Source: an uncultured virus (IMG/VR IMGVR_UViG_3300020175_000006) (lineage: Duplodnaviria > Heunggongvirae > Uroviricota > Caudoviricetes). Taken from it: 64,000 nucleotides of DNA. Both the position numbers and the translations under genes were made by a program. The stretch lies in IMG/VR virus record IMGVR_UViG_3300020175_000006; one strand, 5' to 3'. Under the pieces are notes generated by a model. The model saw only the letters and a program-made list of their open reading frames with translations, had not been told where the DNA came from and searched no databases. Below, piece after piece: positions 58,714 to 64,000 of the stretch; the stretch's first letter is position 1; the number at the start of each line of letters is the position of its first letter.

Positions 58714-61700
58714 TCAGATATCCTCAAATGATGCACCTGTCGGAGTAATTAAGAATTCTATATCGATGAATTCTAACGCTCTTGTTGGTTTTAGATATAT
58801 TTTACCTACTAAGGTGTTATTATCTAAATCTTCAGGAGTGTTCTGAACGACAACTCTAAAGTCAATCAAACCTCTATCTCTTCTGATAGAATCTAAGATT
58901 GGGTTTACTGAGTCCAAGAATTCTTGTCTTACTTGGTCATCATTCTGTTCGAACAATAGTCTTACCGCTACTGCTGAAATCAACTTACGAGCTTGTAATA
59001 ACAATCTTCTAACATTGATTCTGTCGAGTGCTGACTGTTTAACTTGAGTAGTTTTATTACCCCATATTACTGTACCAACATCTGAGAAAGTTGCGATTGG
59101 GTTGATTCTACCTTTATATAGAATGTCTCTATCATCTTGAGTTAACTTCTTACGAGCTTTAATACCATTTACTAAACCTCTTGTATAACCCGCGGATGCG
59201 AACCATGGGAATGATATATTATCTGTTAACGCTAAGTTTCTAACAACTTCAGCGGTAGGTGGTAAGTAAATCTGTGTGTTATTAACAGTATCTCTTGTAA
59301 GAATCCATGGGTAATAAGTTGCAGTATAGTTAGAGTCAATTCCAGTATCTTCTAAGTTTTCGGTCGCTTCTTGTGGGTAAATAAAGTCAGTTGTAAAATT
59401 AGACGTAGTATTAACAAACATGTTATAGTCAGGTGTGGTACAGATATAAATTGAGTCCGCTCTATCCGTTTCAATCATATCAATCGCCTCCTCTACTAAG
59501 TTTGAGTTATTAACATAATCTATACCTGAAGTAGTAAACACATTAATATTTACAGCTTCAGGGTTAACAAAAGTCCACTGACCCCATAAGTAAGCATAAT
59601 AGTCAGTATTACCCCAATCTTGTTTATCTGGACCAACAATTGTTTTAAACGCCCCCCATCCTGTTGCACTTGGGAATCTAACTGATGGTGCCGCTCCACG
59701 TAGATATCCATTATTACCTAATATAAATGTATCTCCATTAGTACGAGACTCTCGATAGATATCCCATCCATCAAATCCTCCAGTAGGAACTAATGTAAAT
59801 TTACGAGAATTTAATCTGTAATATGGACTATCTTCGTTAGGTTCACTATCGAATGATGCGTCACCAACCTCAAACGCAGTTTCACCCGAAGTTACATACT
59901 GAGATGGGATTAGAACTACAGTCGCTCCTGAGTCCATATGATATCCTTTTGTTAATTCCGCCCACGGAGATGACTCAGTAGCGGTAGATAAGTTAGTCGG
60001 ATTTTGTTTACCCTTATAAGAGGTAAAGTCGACATCAATACCGACAGTATTCGATACACCTAAGAAAACTCTTCTTGGGTTATCGCCCGCACTTCTTGTT
60101 AAGTTATCTCCATTAGAAGACCCAAAAGGAGGGTTAAATAACACCTCACCTGGAGTATCATACTTAGTCTTATAAAGTAGGTGTGGTGATTTATAACTAC
60201 TGTACTGTCGAGTTTGGTAACCTTTAAAACCACAAGGTAATGAATCGGACGGAGCCTCTTCATTTACTTCTAACATAATATATCTTGACTTTAACTCAAA
60301 ATCTCCATTAGCTGTACCGATTTTTTTAGCCACATAACTATTAAGATTTATATCCATGGTACAGTTTGTGAATTTTTCTAATACGATTGGGTTAGAATCG
60401 GTATCATAAAAACTTCTAACAACAACGTCAAAGGTTAGGTTATTAAATGATATATTCATTATAGAGACTTTAATCTCTCTGTTCGCCGAGTTACCGTCTG
60501 AGATTGAAATAACTTTAAATAAGTCGGAAACTTCATTACCTCTTAATTCTGAAACTAAATATGGTGTAGAGGGGGTTTGATACCTATCTAAGTACCATCC
60601 GATACCTGTATTATCAACATCTTCTCTCGCACTTTGTAATCCTAATAAAGTAGTATTTAATCCTCTAATCTTACCTTCTTTGTATCCTGTATTTAATAAG
60701 TTATAATAAATTTCCTCGACAAATAATGGAATTTCATTACTTGGTTTAGAAAAATTACTTTGACCTAACACTTTACTTATAAAGTTAGGGTCACTTAAAG
60801 AAAGTGATGTGTTGAACGTAAATATCTCTGAGTCGTTTGTTATACCTGAAATTTGGAAATTAGAGAATGGATTATTAGTTATTCCTGAATATACTCCTGT
60901 AGAGTTAATTGTTACATTGGTTAATCCTGAAACTTCGTAATCGGGATTATTAGAATTACTAGTTGTTGATATCCCTCTTGACCTTAGTGTACTAACAACC
61001 ATATTATGGTAATCAGTGATTGGTGTTCCTGTATATGTGGTAGTATATACAACACCCACACCTGTATAATTGTTACCTACAGTATTTGTTAATCCTGTGA
61101 TAGACAATCCAAAACCGACACCACTGTATTCACCTGTACCACTATTATATGGGAATAAAGCGTAATACCATGAATCATTTTCAGACGCTTCAAAATCTGC
61201 GGTATCAATGGTAAGACCATCCACACCCAATACGTTAGTTGTACCTGTCCATGTTCCCGAAGCTCCAGTTATTGCGTCATAAGTTTCGCCACTAACAGTA
61301 CCAAACATAAATGATGTGGCTCCTGAACTGACGGGGTTAACAATACTTTGATAAACCGCAGATTCAAAGTTGCCCTGTAATGTTGATATATTACCTGAAA
61401 ATGTTGTATAAGGTAATCCGAACACACTTTCTATAGATGAAGGTAAGTTACTAAAATCAGTAATTTCAGTTGAACTACTATTACCTGATACACCACTAAA
61501 AGTTATTGTATAAGCAATTCCGTCAGAATCTTTAGGAGTAATTAATGATTTATTTACGTTACCCACCGTTGATATTGACCATGATGGTCCAGCATCGTAT
61601 CCTGATAAACCTAAGACACGAGTCACAAAAAGTTGATTGGATTGTTGTAAGTAGGCTTTGGCAATATATGCCGCCTCATATTTTGGAATCTGTGTGTTTA

Positions 61701-61899
61701 CAAATTTAGTTGGTTCTGTCCCCCCAAAAAATGAGGTAAACTCATCAAAGTTTGTAATGAAGATAGGTTCGAACGCCGGACCTGATAAGGTTTCACCGAC
61801 GACACCTAAAGTCGTTACACCGACACTTTGAGCCACAAAACTTAAATCTCTTTCTGATGTATATACACCTGGAGATACGAATACTTTTTCTGCTGCCAT
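58714..61899 (-). CDS. Contractile tail sheath protein
   Basis: SPGVYTSERDLS start; PWFASAGYTRG, INPI, WGNKT, RINVRRLL, KPTRALEFI. Confidence 0.95.
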   Translation of the reverse strand: MAAEKVFVSPGVYTSERDLSFVAQSVGVTTLGVVGETLSGPAFEPIFITNFDEFTSFFGGTEPTKFVNTQIPKYEAAYIAKAYLQQSNQLFVTRVLGLSGYDAGPSWSISTVGNVNKSLITPKDSDGIAYTITFSGVSGNSSSTEITDFSNLPSSIESVFGLPYTTFSGNISTLQGNFESAVYQSIVNPVSSGATSFMFGTVSGETYDAITGASGTWTGTTNVLGVDGLTIDTADFEASENDSWYYALFPYNSGTGEYSGVGFGLSITGLTNTVGNNYTGVGVVYTTTYTGTPITDYHNMVVSTLRSRGISTTSNSNNPDYEVSGLTNVTINSTGVYSGITNNPFSNFQISGITNDSEIFTFNTSLSLSDPNFISKVLGQSNFSKPSNEIPLFVEEIYYNLLNTGYKEGKIRGLNTTLLGLQSAREDVDNTGIGWYLDRYQTPSTPYLVSELRGNEVSDLFKVISISDGNSANREIKVSIMNISFNNLTFDVVVRSFYDTDSNPIVLEKFTNCTMDINLNSYVAKKIGTANGDFELKSRYIMLEVNEEAPSDSLPCGFKGYQTRQYSSYKSPHLLYKTKYDTPGEVLFNPPFGSSNGDNLTRSAGDNPRRVFLGVSNTVGIDVDFTSYKGKQNPTNLSTATESSPWAELTKGYHMDSGATVVLIPSQYVTSGETAFEVGDASFDSEPNEDSPYYRLNSRKFTLVPTGGFDGWDIYRESRTNGDTFILGNNGYLRGAAPSVRFPSATGWGAFKTIVGPDKQDWGNTDYYAYLWGQWTFVNPEAVNINVFTTSGIDYVNNSNLVEEAIDMIETDRADSIYICTTPDYNMFVNTTSNFTTDFIYPQEATENLEDTGIDSNYTATYYPWILTRDTVNNTQIYLPPTAEVVRNLALTDNISFPWFASAGYTRGLVNGIKARKKLTQDDRDILYKGRINPIATFSDVGTVIWGNKTTQVKQSALDRINVRRLLLQARKLISAVAVRLLFEQNDDQVRQEFLDSVNPILDSIRRDRGLIDFRVVVQNTPEDLDNNTLVGKIYLKPTRALEFIDIEFLITPTGASFEDI

Positions 61900-62037
61900 A
61901 TTAATTATTTTTCTTTTTATTTATTTTATTGATAAATATTATAGAAAAAACCAAACGACAAATGTTATGGCGTTATATTTATTTACAAGTATGAAAAATT
62001 TCTTACTTTTTTCTACCTTTTTAAAAACCTTTCTTAA

Positions 62038-62187
62038 ATGATAAAAATAAAGAATTTAAAAATATCTGAAGAATCACATGATATGTTGAAAAAACACTGT
62101 CAAAAAAACGGATTAAAAATGTTTAAGTTTATTGAAAAACTTATTGAAGAAAACTGTAAAGAAGAAATCGACATCTATGGTGAATAA
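62038..62187 (+). CDS. 49-aa ribbon-helix-helix-like DNA-binding protein
   Basis: MIKIKNLKISEESHDMLKKHCQKNGLKMFKFIEKLIEENCKEEIDIYGE; strand-helix-Gly-helix pattern; its stop abuts the convergent gene's stop. Confidence 0.65.
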   Translation: MIKIKNLKISEESHDMLKKHCQKNGLKMFKFIEKLIEENCKEEIDIYGE

Positions 62188-63237
62188 TTAATTACTATAG
62201 GGTATGTGTGCTTTTGTCTTAATAGTGGAATCCTTACTGTCATCTATTTTAACGACATCGAACTTAATGATGTCATTGGTGTTAACCTGTATATTACTTA
62301 AATCATCTCCCATATAATTGTCGTTAATATATACTGAAAACTCATCGACGTTATCTGTCGACAAAAAAGTTAGGTCTATGGTATATGGATATTTTTCAGA
62401 TAAACTATTAATTCCCGACATAAATAAAATATCTATGTCGAAGTTCTGAGGATTAGGTGGGTTTTTTCTAGCCCTTCTTGATTGTGTCCCCGTCTCCACT
62501 TCATATAATGTTAATGCCCTACTAATTGCCGGAGAAACTTGGAACTCTTCCTCGTCAATTAAAAAACCCATCATTAAGAACTCATAGTTTTGAACGTAGT
62601 ACTTCCTTTTTTCAATATCCAATACTGACTCATCAGATATACCATTTAAAATTATAGGAACGTAATGACCCTTAACAAATGTATAAGCTTGTCTTGAAGA
62701 AAATTTCTGTAAAACTAATTTGTTAAACTCATTCAAGTGTCGCATTTTAGTACAAAATATTTTTATATTATACGTAATATCTACAGGTACGGGTTGAGGG
62801 ATTTTATAAATATCCATTCCTTTTCTTTGACCGTCCCACGTTGGAACCTTAGCGTAGTAAAATTGTTTTCTGTTTGGTATGGTGTACTGTAGTGAAGGGT
62901 TGGTACCGTACTTAACGTCTGGATTTCTTACAGTTGCAATAAATGGGGGTTTGATGTTTTTATCTAAGTTCTGAAAATCCCAAGTCTCAGCAAACTGAGA
63001 CCAGTTTTGAGTTGTAATAATAATATCAACAGGGTTAACTTTTTTACCCTCTGCAGTCATCTCTAAATCGTTCTTAACAAAATCTAACATACCCCTATCT
63101 AAGTCAGCATGTAAAACACTCTTAGGTAAATATGTACCATCTTTTTGAATATATTCCAGTAGTTGCTCCCTCCTCTCTAATAAAATTTTATCAGGAGTTA
63201 AAGGTAGATGTTTTTTTATTTTTTTAGGAAATGACAT
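62188..63237 (-). CDS. Tail completion/terminator-like protein (gp15/gp3-like)
   Basis: PQPVPVDITYNIKI motif; position upstream of the sheath gene. Confidence 0.55.
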   Translation of the reverse strand: MSFPKKIKKHLPLTPDKILLERREQLLEYIQKDGTYLPKSVLHADLDRGMLDFVKNDLEMTAEGKKVNPVDIIITTQNWSQFAETWDFQNLDKNIKPPFIATVRNPDVKYGTNPSLQYTIPNRKQFYYAKVPTWDGQRKGMDIYKIPQPVPVDITYNIKIFCTKMRHLNEFNKLVLQKFSSRQAYTFVKGHYVPIILNGISDESVLDIEKRKYYVQNYEFLMMGFLIDEEEFQVSPAISRALTLYEVETGTQSRRARKNPPNPQNFDIDILFMSGINSLSEKYPYTIDLTFLSTDNVDEFSVYINDNYMGDDLSNIQVNTNDIIKFDVVKIDDSKDSTIKTKAHIPYSN

Positions 63238-63710
63238 TAGATTACTATTTCATTTATATGGAAGATTTTATTTCGAGTATTAATCATATCAATCTCATTT
63301 GCGTTATAAATTGGTTCTTCGCTATCTTTTTTAACAAATGAATCGTATTTGTATGGGTTATATGTGATTACGTTATCATTAGTTTCTGCAGGCATTTCTT
63401 CACAAGGGAACTGACAATAGTCAACTAAATCACCAATAACAAATGCGTGTACGTTCTTTCTCATTTCTTGTCTTACTTTGTCTTTTCCCCCCTTTCTTAC
63501 CCTAAACTCTACATTTCTTAATTTAACGTAGTCGGCATACAAAATTACCCTACCCCCATAAGTCACTGAAAATGTATGTTTATGTAAGTTATAATATACC
63601 ATAACCCTCAAACCAGTTAAATCCTCAGGAGTTAATTCTTCCTCCTGTTCAATAATTAAACCCATATGAGTCTTCATTTTATTAATTTCTTTTAATAGAT
63701 ATCTATTCAT
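63237..63710 (-). CDS. Hypothetical phage protein
   Basis: VYYNLHK, RKNVHAFV, YNPYKY segments after an N-terminal leader. Confidence 0.75.
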   Translation of the reverse strand: MNRYLLKEINKMKTHMGLIIEQEEELTPEDLTGLRVMVYYNLHKHTFSVTYGGRVILYADYVKLRNVEFRVRKGGKDKVRQEMRKNVHAFVIGDLVDYCQFPCEEMPAETNDNVITYNPYKYDSFVKKDSEEPIYNANEIDMINTRNKIFHINEIVI

Positions 63711-64000
63711 AATCCTCTAAATTCATTTTCACTAACAGGTGATGCAGTAATTGACCTATAATAAGGTTTGTAACCACCATAAGTATGTTTATTATCACTC
63801 GTGACTCTTCCGTCATTAGATACCGAGTAGTATCTAACACGAGATTCAGTCTCATAGTAACCTATATAATCACCATAATTAATATCTATTTCTAACTCAT
63901 CTAAAGTCGTTTGATATACGCCAACCTTTAAGTTACCCGGCTCCATTTGTGTCATGTTACTATTACCGTAATTTTGATTTTCAGGTTGTTCTATTTGGAC
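63707..64000 (-). CDS. Putative neck/head-closure protein, partial (frame open to the window end)
   Basis: No stop from 64000 to 63707; LDELEIDINYGDYIGY; position in neck region. Confidence 0.55.
   Translation of the reverse strand, partial: VQIEQPENQNYGNSNMTQMEPGNLKVGVYQTTLDELEIDINYGDYIGYYETESRVRYYSVSNDGRVTSDNKHTYGGYKPYYRSITASPVSENEFRGL

Larger units (their letters stand above)
1..64000 (-). mobile_element. Segment of a large myovirus-type phage genome (tail/baseplate/fibre module plus DNA metabolism island)
   Basis: Sheath, tube, tape measure, baseplate wedge, gp32-like SSB, UvsX/RecA, helicase and RNR genes are densely packed and co-oriented; no cellular housekeeping genes or integrase seen. 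Confidence 0.95.

Noticed and set aside
30916..61899. Bacterial extracellular contractile injection system or tailocin
   Set aside because: Phage-type replication and neck genes are interleaved, and no host genes flank the locus
61991..62041. 16-codon plus-strand ORF whose TGA overlaps the RHH-like ATG
   Set aside because: Too short and low-complexity to support without expression data
1..64000. Stop-codon reassignment, introns or inteins
   Set aside because: The standard code gives full-length genes at high density; nrdA, nrdB, helicase and recA show no obvious insertions

Overview
The window is a 64-kb segment of a large, AT-rich, contractile-tailed (myovirus-type) phage genome, read almost entirely on the minus strand. 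It is probably a Bacteroidota/Flavobacteria phage, based on SprB-like repeats, an NrdBi/class Id-type RNR, a TTTG-N19-TAnnTTTG promoter and A-rich starts lacking Shine-Dalgarno motifs. In transcription order (right to left) it encodes: neck/tail-completion genes, tail sheath, a HAD hydrolase, tail tube, a tail-chaperone pair joined by a candidate +1 frameshift, tape measure, a tube-initiator-like protein with an OmpA-like insert, a LysM-like protein and a 2204-aa hub. Next comes a terminator-bounded DNA-metabolism island (SSB, RecA/UvsX, 5'-3' exonuclease, helicase, ATP-cone-NrdB, NrdA), then baseplate wedge genes. The last ~24 kb holds putative fibre/surface proteins built from shared globular modules joined by very long Gly-X-Ser (GSS/GTS/GES) or TPSITA repeats, plus SprB-like and Cys-rich repeats. 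All functional calls come from motif recognition and gene order, not database searches. Repeat lengths could be affected by assembly.
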